From contig JBDREQ010000047.1 in assembly GCA_043819555.1 (NCBI GenBank), positions 1 to 30,193 on the forward strand: a DNA stretch of 30,193 bases. Direction: 5' to 3'. Positions 8,727 to 17,210 of the stretch are shown in pieces (position 1 is the first letter of the stretch; the number at the start of each line of letters is the position of its first letter). Under the pieces are notes generated by a model. The model saw nothing but the letters and a program-made list of their open reading frames with translations. It was not told the DNA's origin and ran no database searches. The DNA comes from Candidatus Zixiibacteriota bacterium (lineage in GTDB: Bacteria; Zixibacteria; MSB-5A5; GN15; JAAZOE01). The translations under genes were made by a program, and so were the position numbers.

Positions 8727-9464
8727 TTAGATTATCGGCAGGGTATTTAGGGGGTCAAATTCGTCTTTTAGAGCCCGGCATTCTCTCCCCGGCGGGGTAT
8801 TGGAGGCAAACTTCCGTTTAAAGTCACCATAGTTCGGATGGAAAATAGAAAGATGAGGATGATTGTCTTTTTGTAATATTGGCAAAACCCTGAATGACAT
8901 TTCGAAAATGTAACCCATCGTCCCCCAGCTATTATAAAATACCCTCGAAATATCATACCCGGAAACCGATTTACAAGCCCTTGCTCCCGGCCGGACAATC
9001 GTACCATCGGCCAAAACAGCCGTCAAAGATAAAAGGCTCTTTGAAAACGGAATAGTCTGGGCGCCATCATCAGCGGCTAATCCTGCCGCCAAAGCGCCGC
9101 CGAATGATCCCGGGTAATGAGTATCCGCGAATGGAAACCAGAGGTTTTTCTCGGCCAATTCCTTATTGATTTCTTTTAAGGGGTATCCACTTCCAACCGT
9201 CAGGTAGAAATCAGCAGCATTAATCTCAATAATATCATTGAGCCGATCCGATTTGATAACCAGAAATTCGGCAAATTTATCGCCCACCGGGTTAATATTG
9301 TTACCAAATCCGGAAATGAAAACAGGCTGTTTGACCTCATTGGCTCGGTGGAAAATATCCGCCACCTGCTCGGGAGATTCGGGATGGAAAGTCGCAATCG
9401 TCTTTTGCCAGGTCAAACCATCCGGATAATCGTCGGATATTTCAATTTCGAGTTGCTTATTCAT
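8727..9464 (-). CDS. Short FAD-binding oxidoreductase (FAD_binding_4; GlcD/GlcE-like N-terminal domain)
   Basis: ATFHPESPEQVA, GSFGGALAAG, KSVSGYDISRVFYNSWGTMG, C-terminal LKDEFDP. Start at ATG 9464 is uncertain; the ORF is open to TTG 9503. Confidence 0.75.
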   Translation of the reverse strand: MNKQLEIEISDDYPDGLTWQKTIATFHPESPEQVADIFHRANEVKQPVFISGFGNNINPVGDKFAEFLVIKSDRLNDIIEINAADFYLTVGSGYPLKEINKELAEKNLWFPFADTHYPGSFGGALAAGLAADDGAQTIPFSKSLLSLTAVLADGTIVRPGARACKSVSGYDISRVFYNSWGTMGYIFEMSFRVLPILQKDNHPHLSIFHPNYGDFKRKFASNTPPGRECRALKDEFDPLNTLPII

Positions 9465-9481
9465 GCGTGATAATATATAAT
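9453..9481 (+). promoter_or_regulatory. Putative sigma70 promoter for the three membrane-TPR paralogues
   Basis: TTGCTT (9453-9458), 17 bp, TATAAT (9476-9481), 30 nt before ATG 9511. Confidence 0.55.
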
Positions 9482-9510
9482 GCGATGTCATATCACTGGT
9501 CAAGCAATAA

Positions 9511-11580
9511 ATGATTGAGTCGGACTCGATGACACACGGAAGTAGCTATCGAAATACCGTGCTCATATCAGTCGCAGGGGTAACTGGATTGGTGTGGGGA
9601 CTACGTTTTTTGCCCTTTCTGATTCCGCAAGGCAGGGTTTGGGGTATAAACCATTTATTATTTCTGCCCTCAATCTACTTATGGATCTACGCCGCCCTGG
9701 GGATAGTTGTTCTTTCGCTTTTCTTTCGGCCCATGACTCAAATTAGCAATCGAGTTATCGGCAGTGCCGCTACTATGCTTCTGGAAAAGCCTTCCCCAAA
9801 ACGGTGGCTTGTCGCATCAGGATTTTTCGTCATATTCTTCTGGTTACTTAAATTACCGGTGAATCTTCTTGGCGATAGCTTTTCGGTAACGGCAAATATC
9901 TCAAACGATCTGCCCGTAATTTACAAATGGTCGGAGATTGGCTCGATTTTTCTGGCCGTGATGGTCTCAAAATTAATTCCCGTCTCAGGAGCCGAATCCG
10001 GAGCTTACGCCTATGGCATAATTTCTGTTCTTTCCGGCGGCGCAACCATCCTTCTCCTATTTGCACTATCGTACGAACTAGGGAGCGATAGCGCACAAAG
10101 GCTGTTTATTTTTTGTTTGAGCCTGTTTTCCGGATGGGTGTTGCTGTTTTTTGGATATACTGAAAATTACTCCATTCTTTGGCCGTTTATGACCGGCTAT
10201 ATATATTTTGGAATTCGATACCTTCGGGGCAAAAACAGCCTGGTTGTCTCATTTGTTTTTCTGGCGGCATCGGTATTACTGCATCTCCAAACGGTGTTTT
10301 TTATCTTTTCGTTTATTTTGCTGCTATTTTCACGCGGTTTTCCGGCCCGTCTGTATGAACGTCATAAAAAAATAATCCTGGGTACTATTATTCTCGGATG
10401 TGCCGGTTCGGCCGTTCTGTTATATCAATTCTATCAACGATCGCTTGAATTACAAATTTACTTAATGCCGCTTTTTGACGGGCGCGGCGCAACAGCAGGC
10501 TACACTCTTTTTTCTCTCGAACACTTCCTCGATATTAGTAATCAGCTGCTCTTATTAATGCCTGTGTTTCCGGTTTTGCTGGTTCTAAGCTTCGGTCGCT
10601 GGAGAGAACTATTTGCCAATCGCCTAAATCAATTTTTGATTCTTTTGTCCTTGGGCGGATTTGCATTTTTGTTCATTATCGAACCGCGATTGGGAATGGG
10701 ACGTGACTGGGATTTATTTGCCCTGGTCGGTTTAGCGCCGCTGCTTCTTGTCGCGAAAATCGCTATTGAACGACACGATTTATTAAGTCGGTTTTTCCCG
10801 GTAATTATGGTAGCTTCTTTAACAATGATATTTCCGTATCTGGCGGTAAACATGAATTATGATGGCGCCGTCGAAAATTATAAATTTTTACTCACTCTTG
10901 ATCGGGAGCGAGGCCGAACCGGCGTAACCAGTCTATTAAAAATGTATGAAGAACAGGGAAATATTGTCGCTGTTGATAGCCTAAAAGATATATTGCGAGA
11001 TAATTATCCGGCGGCGACTCTGGTCCCTACGGCGTATGAGATGTCTAATAGAGGACAATACCGGGAAGCTATGATTTTAACAGATTCACTTTTTAAACTG
11101 GACCCGTATTCAATTGAGATTTTTCTACTTCGAGCATCTATTCAATTAAAGCAGGGGCATTACGCCCGCGCTATTCAGGATTTGGAGACGGCCGCTGATT
11201 TGGGCCGTTATGATTCGCGGCCGTTGGTTCAACTGGCTCAAGCCTATAATCAAATGGGCCAGCTTGAGAAAATGATGAAAGCCTTAAGGGATGCTCAACA
11301 GCGAGACGTTAATTCTTTTAGAATCGCCGAGGGATTATCTTCAGGTTTTTATAGCATGGGTCGCTATGACTCAGCTCTTGTTTATGCCCGACAGATGATT
11401 GACCTTGAGCTAAATAATCCGGCCGGTTATTTGGCTGCCGGATTGAGCGCCCACAATAGCGGCAACCTGACTCTGGCCGAATCATATTTAACTGAATTTC
11501 TGAGGCTGGACCCGGCTAATCCAATGGCTGATCGAGCCAGAGATATCCTTGCTGCCATTAATCGCGCCATAACGAATTAA
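9511..11580 (+). CDS. Polytopic membrane protein (GT-C glycosyltransferase-like) with C-terminal TPRs, paralogue 1
   Basis: 689 aa; ~12 TM segments in the first ~450 aa; WGINHLLFLP, LLGDS, YKWSE, FFGYTENY, HLQ, EPRLGMGRDWDLFAL; TPR repeats in the C-terminal ~200 aa. Confidence 0.75.
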   Translation: MIESDSMTHGSSYRNTVLISVAGVTGLVWGLRFLPFLIPQGRVWGINHLLFLPSIYLWIYAALGIVVLSLFFRPMTQISNRVIGSAATMLLEKPSPKRWLVASGFFVIFFWLLKLPVNLLGDSFSVTANISNDLPVIYKWSEIGSIFLAVMVSKLIPVSGAESGAYAYGIISVLSGGATILLLFALSYELGSDSAQRLFIFCLSLFSGWVLLFFGYTENYSILWPFMTGYIYFGIRYLRGKNSLVVSFVFLAASVLLHLQTVFFIFSFILLLFSRGFPARLYERHKKIILGTIILGCAGSAVLLYQFYQRSLELQIYLMPLFDGRGATAGYTLFSLEHFLDISNQLLLLMPVFPVLLVLSFGRWRELFANRLNQFLILLSLGGFAFLFIIEPRLGMGRDWDLFALVGLAPLLLVAKIAIERHDLLSRFFPVIMVASLTMIFPYLAVNMNYDGAVENYKFLLTLDRERGRTGVTSLLKMYEEQGNIVAVDSLKDILRDNYPAATLVPTAYEMSNRGQYREAMILTDSLFKLDPYSIEIFLLRASIQLKQGHYARAIQDLETAADLGRYDSRPLVQLAQAYNQMGQLEKMMKALRDAQQRDVNSFRIAEGLSSGFYSMGRYDSALVYARQMIDLELNNPAGYLAAGLSAHNSGNLTLAESYLTEFLRLDPANPMADRARDILAAINRAITN

Positions 11581-11592
11581 CTGTTAATTTTT

Positions 11593-13629
11593 ATGAAACC
11601 TAATCCGGATAATGACGGCAGTCTGATAATTCCCCTCACAATTATTGTCCTGTCAATCCTGCATTTTGTTCCTTTTCTATCCCCGTCAGCACGCTTATGG
11701 GGATTTAATCATTTGTTATTTTTGCCATCTCCACATAGTTGGATTTTTGCAGGAGTATTCTCTGTCCTTTTACTTCTTTTCTTCATGAGTTCTCGTTTGG
11801 GTTTGGGAATGATTTACCAGAAGGCCGGAAATGTACTATTTCCCGAATCATATCGTTTGCGATGGATAATATTAATTTTGGCATCAATTCTGTTTTTTTG
11901 GTTAATGAGGCCGCCAATATATTTTTTGGGGGATAGTTTTTCGGTAACCGCCAACATCGGCAACGATTTACCCATTATCTACAAATGGAGCGAAATTGGG
12001 GCTATCATGCTTGCGGATTTAGTTTTGCGCATACTGCCGCAATTTGAAACTGACAAAGGCATCTTGAGCTATTCCATTATCTCTGTAATTTCCGGCGCGT
12101 TTACGATCTATTTCTTTCTGTCTATCGCAAAAGAAATAACGAAAGATACATCATCGCGGTTATTTATTTTCAGTACCCTAATCTTCTCGGGATGGATTGT
12201 TCTATTTTTTGGGTATACCGAAAACTATCCCATCCTGTGGCCCCTTTTAAGCGCCTATATTTACTACGCCATAAGATTTTTGGATAGAAAAATCGGTTTA
12301 TGGCGGCCCGCCGCATTCATCCCGATAGCTCTGTTTATGCATCTTCAAACATTGTTTTTCCTGCCTTCCTTTATAATGCTGCTGTTGTACAGTCGATACG
12401 GCGCTCAATTTTATAAGCGGCGAAAGATGTTTATTCGTGTATTAGGCTTTTTCATATTAATTACAGTAGCCGCTTATGCCATAAATTTGTTAACCCAGTC
12501 ATCCGAATTTCGAGATTATCTAATAGCTTTTTCACCCGGCCGTCTGCCCGATCCGCAATATTGGATATTTTCTCCTTCGCATCTAATTGATACCGTCAAT
12601 TTATGGATACTTTTCATGCCGTTATTCCCGATTTTTATTTATACGACTTGGAAATTCAGACAATCACTGATGTCTAATAAAATAAACTTGTTTCTAAGCG
12701 TTTTAGCCATTGGCGGTTTCCTTTTTCAGGTCATGATCGATCCGAAATTGGGAATGGGGCGGGATTGGGACCTATTCGCTCTAACAAGTATGCCTGTCGC
12801 CTTATTATCAGTTTGCCTGATAGTTACACACGCCGGAAATCTCAGAAAATATTATTTTGTGCTGTCCGCATTCGCCGCTGTAATTTCATTGCCGTTTGTC
12901 ATTACATTAATAAATGTCGAATCGGCTAAAGAGCATTACAAATACCTCCTAAATTTGGATATGCCTCGAAGCCGCACCGGCATGACTTTACTTAAACACT
13001 ATTATCAAACCGGAGGCGACAGCGCCGCTGCTGATAGCCTTGAAAACATATTGCAGGCTCAATTTCATTCGTATTCGAAGATTCCAATAGCTTATGAACT
13101 GCTTGAAAACGGAAAAATAGATAGCGCTCTGACAATTGCCGAATATCTTGAAAAAAATGAACCCCCTTCGGCGGAAATTTATAATTTAAAAGGGAAGATA
13201 TATCTTGAAATGGGGCATTATGCGCGGGCGGTGCAATGTTTCGAAAGTTCCACTTCAATGGGGCGTTATGACAGCCGCCTGTTTATCGCAATGGGATCGG
13301 CATACCATCACCTTCTCCAATACGACAAGATGTTATCGGCGCTACGAAAAGCTCAAAAGCTGGCTCCCAATTCTTATGAACTTAGCGAAGCCTTCGCATC
13401 AGGGTATTACAACATGGCTCATTATGATTCTGCCTTCGCGTACTCGCAATCCTGCATCAAACTTGACAGTACGAAACCAATTGCCTATTTAATTGCTGGG
13501 ATGAGCAAAATGAAATTGAGTGATATGGAAAGCGCCGGTTATTACTTGGACATCTTTATCGATATGTCACCGGATGATGAATACAGAAAACAGGCGATCC
13601 AAACCATGCAAAATATTAATACGGACTAG
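11593..13629 (+). CDS. Polytopic membrane protein (GT-C glycosyltransferase-like) with C-terminal TPRs, paralogue 2
   Basis: 678 aa; WGFNHLLFLP, FLGDS, YKWSE, FFGYTENY, HLQ, DPKLGMGRDWDLFAL; TPRs (AEIYNLKGKIYLEMGHYARAVQCFE). Confidence 0.75.
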   Translation: MKPNPDNDGSLIIPLTIIVLSILHFVPFLSPSARLWGFNHLLFLPSPHSWIFAGVFSVLLLLFFMSSRLGLGMIYQKAGNVLFPESYRLRWIILILASILFFWLMRPPIYFLGDSFSVTANIGNDLPIIYKWSEIGAIMLADLVLRILPQFETDKGILSYSIISVISGAFTIYFFLSIAKEITKDTSSRLFIFSTLIFSGWIVLFFGYTENYPILWPLLSAYIYYAIRFLDRKIGLWRPAAFIPIALFMHLQTLFFLPSFIMLLLYSRYGAQFYKRRKMFIRVLGFFILITVAAYAINLLTQSSEFRDYLIAFSPGRLPDPQYWIFSPSHLIDTVNLWILFMPLFPIFIYTTWKFRQSLMSNKINLFLSVLAIGGFLFQVMIDPKLGMGRDWDLFALTSMPVALLSVCLIVTHAGNLRKYYFVLSAFAAVISLPFVITLINVESAKEHYKYLLNLDMPRSRTGMTLLKHYYQTGGDSAAADSLENILQAQFHSYSKIPIAYELLENGKIDSALTIAEYLEKNEPPSAEIYNLKGKIYLEMGHYARAVQCFESSTSMGRYDSRLFIAMGSAYHHLLQYDKMLSALRKAQKLAPNSYELSEAFASGYYNMAHYDSAFAYSQSCIKLDSTKPIAYLIAGMSKMKLSDMESAGYYLDIFIDMSPDDEYRKQAIQTMQNINTD

Positions 13630-13676
13630 CCGGAAATAAATTAATGGCGCTCTTGCGCCGAAAACTATACTAAAGC

Positions 13677-15719
13677 ATGAAAAAAATAATTGCCGAAGAT
13701 AAATGGACCACATTTGCGGGAATAGGCGCTTTAATTCTAATCTGCCTGCTTCGGGTAATCGCTGTACCGTTTTCAGGCGCCCGTATTTGGGGATTTAATC
13801 ATTTGCAATTTCTCCCCGATGCCTGGCTTTATATATACTTGGCGGCTGGTTTAGCAATTTCAATTTCGGTGATCTTCGCCCTTCGAGGCCATCTTAACAT
13901 ATTTTACGAGCGGTTGGCAAACCTGTTATTTAAGCGATATTTTCTGGTTTCGCTTGTTATATCTATAATAGGCATTCTCATTTTTTGGTTTTTACGAATG
14001 CCAACAAATTTATTGGGTGATGGCTATTCGGTAATAAATAATATCGGGGGCGACTTGCCGGTTGTTTTCAAATGGTCGGAAGCCGGAGCGGTAAGAATAA
14101 TATATTGGGTGTCTCGATTACTTCCATTTGATGGATTAATGCGCGGTGAATATGCCTTCGCAATAGTATCCGTTCTCTCCGGAGCTGCTACGGTATTTTT
14201 ATTATCATCTATTGTCAGACATCTTTGCGATGACAGACCGTCTCAGCTAATGATATGGGGAACGTCTCTATTCTCCGGTTCATTATTATTATTTTTCGGA
14301 TACGCCGAAAACTACCCGGTTCTTTGGCCGCTGGCGGGGGCATATATATTGGCCTCTATCCGATACTTGAAAGGCAAAGGCGGGATATTGATTCCGGCCC
14401 TCTTAATCCTGTTGGGAATTTATTTACATTTGCAGATGATTTTCTTCGCGTTATCATTCCCGGTTTTGATATTTTCACATGGAGCTGGACAAAAATTTTA
14501 TCGGAAAAATAAAAAGACTGTTTGGATGGCTCTGATCATATTATCAGGAATATTTATCTATTTGTTTATTCATCAATATTACTCTTCAATCGCGTTCAGG
14601 TCTCATATTCTTCCCCTTTGGCAAGGCAAACCATTAACGCCTGATTACGCCATTATTTCAGTTAACCACTTAATTGATATAATAAACCTGTTCCTGCTGA
14701 CTGTTCCTCTATGGCCGATATTGATTATATTCATTTGGAAATCCCGCCGGTCATTGTTAGACGATGCCATTAACAGATTTTTATTTCTGTTTTCAATGGG
14801 GGGATTGATTTTCCTTTTGATAATTGACCCCCGTTTGGGAATGGCTCGCGATTGGGATTTGTTCGCCTTGACTGGATTGGGGCCGATACTGCTACTAACT
14901 CGAATTTATGTCCAATCGGGCAGACTGAAATTTCTATATCCGATCATCATCGCCATATCTTTTGCGGTGACTCTCCCATATTTGGCGACAAATCTGAAAA
15001 CAGAACCGTCGCTGGCATATATGCAATCGTTATTGGAGTTGGATAAGACTAAAAGTCGATCTGGTTTGGTCATGCTGCGCGATTATTTACACAACAATAA
15101 TGACAAATCAAGGGCCAATCAAATCAACGACCAATTATTAAGTAATTTTCCTCAAACCCGGTGGGAGAAAACGGTTAAACATTGGATCAATAACCGGGTC
15201 TTCGACAAGGCATTTATTTACGCCGATTCCATATATAATTATGATCCTTACTCAGTTGATGCCTTCAACATCTATTCTCATATATATTTGGATATGGGCA
15301 AATATGATTCTGCCCTGGCGATGGTTAAAATATCGACCGAATTATCTCCCTATGAATCCCGCGCTTATACCAGCATGGCAATATTTTATCGTCAAATGAA
15401 AAACTATAATGAAATGTGGAAAAGTTTTCGTCGGGCGCAAAAGCTAAATCCACGTGAATATTCCAATTTAATGCTGATGTCGCAATCATTTGCAAACGAT
15501 GGCGTTTTTGATTCGGCGATTGCCTATATTGATACCCTTAAAAACAATTACTCCGACAGTTCCGAATGTTACCTTGCCGCCGGAATGATATATCGCGCCA
15601 AAGGAGAATATGATAACGCCGTGCAGCAGCTCGAAATGTATGCCGCTCGGCTTGAGGATGAAGAAACGCAGATAAACGTTATGCGTATGATTGAAGAATT
15701 AAAAAATATGCAGAAATAA
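13677..15719 (+). CDS. Polytopic membrane protein (GT-C glycosyltransferase-like) with C-terminal TPRs, paralogue 3
   Basis: 680 aa; WGFNHLQFLP, LLGDG, FKWSE, FFGYAENY, HLQ, DPRLGMARDWDLFAL; TPRs (SECYLAAGMIYRAKGEYDNAVQQLE). Confidence 0.75.
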   Translation: MKKIIAEDKWTTFAGIGALILICLLRVIAVPFSGARIWGFNHLQFLPDAWLYIYLAAGLAISISVIFALRGHLNIFYERLANLLFKRYFLVSLVISIIGILIFWFLRMPTNLLGDGYSVINNIGGDLPVVFKWSEAGAVRIIYWVSRLLPFDGLMRGEYAFAIVSVLSGAATVFLLSSIVRHLCDDRPSQLMIWGTSLFSGSLLLFFGYAENYPVLWPLAGAYILASIRYLKGKGGILIPALLILLGIYLHLQMIFFALSFPVLIFSHGAGQKFYRKNKKTVWMALIILSGIFIYLFIHQYYSSIAFRSHILPLWQGKPLTPDYAIISVNHLIDIINLFLLTVPLWPILIIFIWKSRRSLLDDAINRFLFLFSMGGLIFLLIIDPRLGMARDWDLFALTGLGPILLLTRIYVQSGRLKFLYPIIIAISFAVTLPYLATNLKTEPSLAYMQSLLELDKTKSRSGLVMLRDYLHNNNDKSRANQINDQLLSNFPQTRWEKTVKHWINNRVFDKAFIYADSIYNYDPYSVDAFNIYSHIYLDMGKYDSALAMVKISTELSPYESRAYTSMAIFYRQMKNYNEMWKSFRRAQKLNPREYSNLMLMSQSFANDGVFDSAIAYIDTLKNNYSDSSECYLAAGMIYRAKGEYDNAVQQLEMYAARLEDEETQINVMRMIEELKNMQK

Positions 15720-15747
15720 AAAGCGCGGAAACAATCCGCGCTTTATT
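15716..15747. terminator. Bidirectional intrinsic terminator between paralogue 3 and the ALDH
   Basis: aaagcgcgga-aacaa-tccgcgcttt flanked by A and T runs, between convergent genes. Confidence 0.8.
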
Positions 15748-15767
15748 GTATGATTCTTGAAATCCCT

Positions 15768-17192
15768 CTATTTCAAATTCAATCCCAACAATTTTATTTC
15801 GGTCATGTCCTCGATGCCATATTTGATACCTTCGCGGCCCATGCCTGATTTTTTGACGCCGCCATAAGGCATATGATCAACCCGATAAGTAGGTATATCA
15901 TTTATGATAACTCCCCCTGCTTCGACATATTTGAAGGCATAAAAAATATCTTTAATCCGTTGCGTAAATATGCCCGCTTGTAATCCAAATTCAGAGCTGT
16001 TTATCTGATTTATCATAGTCTTAAAATTCCGATATTTGAATACCACCGCCAATGGAGCGAAGGCTTCCTGTGAGCAAACATTCATCGACGTTTTGACATT
16101 ACCCAACAGGGTCGGTTGCAGCATCCGTTTCCGACGTTTTCCTCCCGCCAGTAGTTTGGCTCCGCCTGCAATCGCTTCATTAATCCACATTTCGGTACGC
16201 TTGGCCGACTCAAGATCAACCATTGGCCCAACATCGGTTTTTTCATTCAACGGATTACCCATGCTAATCTTTTTTATGGCTGCCCGGTATTTGCGGATGA
16301 ATTTGTTATATACTTTTTCATGAATGAAAATTCGTTGAACCGAAATGCAGCTTTGACCGGCCTGGCCAAAAGCTCCATAAATTAATCGAGTCACCGCAAA
16401 ATCAATATCGGCATCGTCAGCCACTGCCACCCCGGCGTTACCTCCCAGTTCCAAAACCGTTCGTTTATCACCCGAGTTTTCTTTAATCCACCAGCCGACC
16501 GGAGATGAACCTGTAAAAGTTATCACTTTTACTCGAGGATCTTTGATTAAAGGCGAGGAATCTCTCGACGAACCGGGGAGGACTGATAAGGCTCCTTTGG
16601 GAAGTTCCGTTTTGTCGATTATCTCCGCCAGCATCAATGCCACGATTGGAGTTTTTGAAGCCGGCTTAAGAACAATCGGGCATCCCGACGCTATCGCAGG
16701 AGCAACTTTGTGAGCCACCAAATTCAGAGGAAAATTAAACGGCGAAATCCCAGCCACGACCCCGACCGGAAACCGCCTGACTAATCCGATTCGTTCCTCG
16801 GAACCCGGCACCCAATCCAAATCCATTACTTCGCCGCCGATCCGTTTGGCTTCTTCGGCCGCGACATGAAAACAATTGGCCGCTCTTTCAACTTCCAATC
16901 GAGCATCGCGAATTGCCTTGCCCATTTCCAGCGTCATCGTTCGAGCAAGCTTTTCCTTATTTTTCAAAATCCCATCGGCGATGTCCTGGCAAATCCGTTC
17001 CCGAACATAACAGGGCAGATTGCGAGTGATCTCAAACGATTTTTGGGCCGCGTCAATCGCCCGGGTATAGTCTTTTTCCGATGCCGCCGCGACCGTGCCG
17101 ACATGACTGTCATCATACGGCGATTCGATTCTGATTTTATTTTTTGATGATAGCCATTTTCCCGCCAGATACATTTTATATGATTTGGCCAT
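15768..17192 (-). CDS. NAD(P)-dependent aldehyde dehydrogenase (ALDH21-like; candidate succinic semialdehyde dehydrogenase)
   Basis: 474 aa; SPFNFPLNLVAHK, LKPAS, FTGS, LELGGNA (catalytic Glu), AGQSCISVQR (catalytic Cys), QEAFAP, RVDHMPYGGVKKSGMGREG. Confidence 0.9.
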   Translation of the reverse strand: MAKSYKMYLAGKWLSSKNKIRIESPYDDSHVGTVAAASEKDYTRAIDAAQKSFEITRNLPCYVRERICQDIADGILKNKEKLARTMTLEMGKAIRDARLEVERAANCFHVAAEEAKRIGGEVMDLDWVPGSEERIGLVRRFPVGVVAGISPFNFPLNLVAHKVAPAIASGCPIVLKPASKTPIVALMLAEIIDKTELPKGALSVLPGSSRDSSPLIKDPRVKVITFTGSSPVGWWIKENSGDKRTVLELGGNAGVAVADDADIDFAVTRLIYGAFGQAGQSCISVQRIFIHEKVYNKFIRKYRAAIKKISMGNPLNEKTDVGPMVDLESAKRTEMWINEAIAGGAKLLAGGKRRKRMLQPTLLGNVKTSMNVCSQEAFAPLAVVFKYRNFKTMINQINSSEFGLQAGIFTQRIKDIFYAFKYVEAGGVIINDIPTYRVDHMPYGGVKKSGMGREGIKYGIEDMTEIKLLGLNLK

Positions 17193-17210
17193 AATGCGCC
17201 TCCCGCTTTA

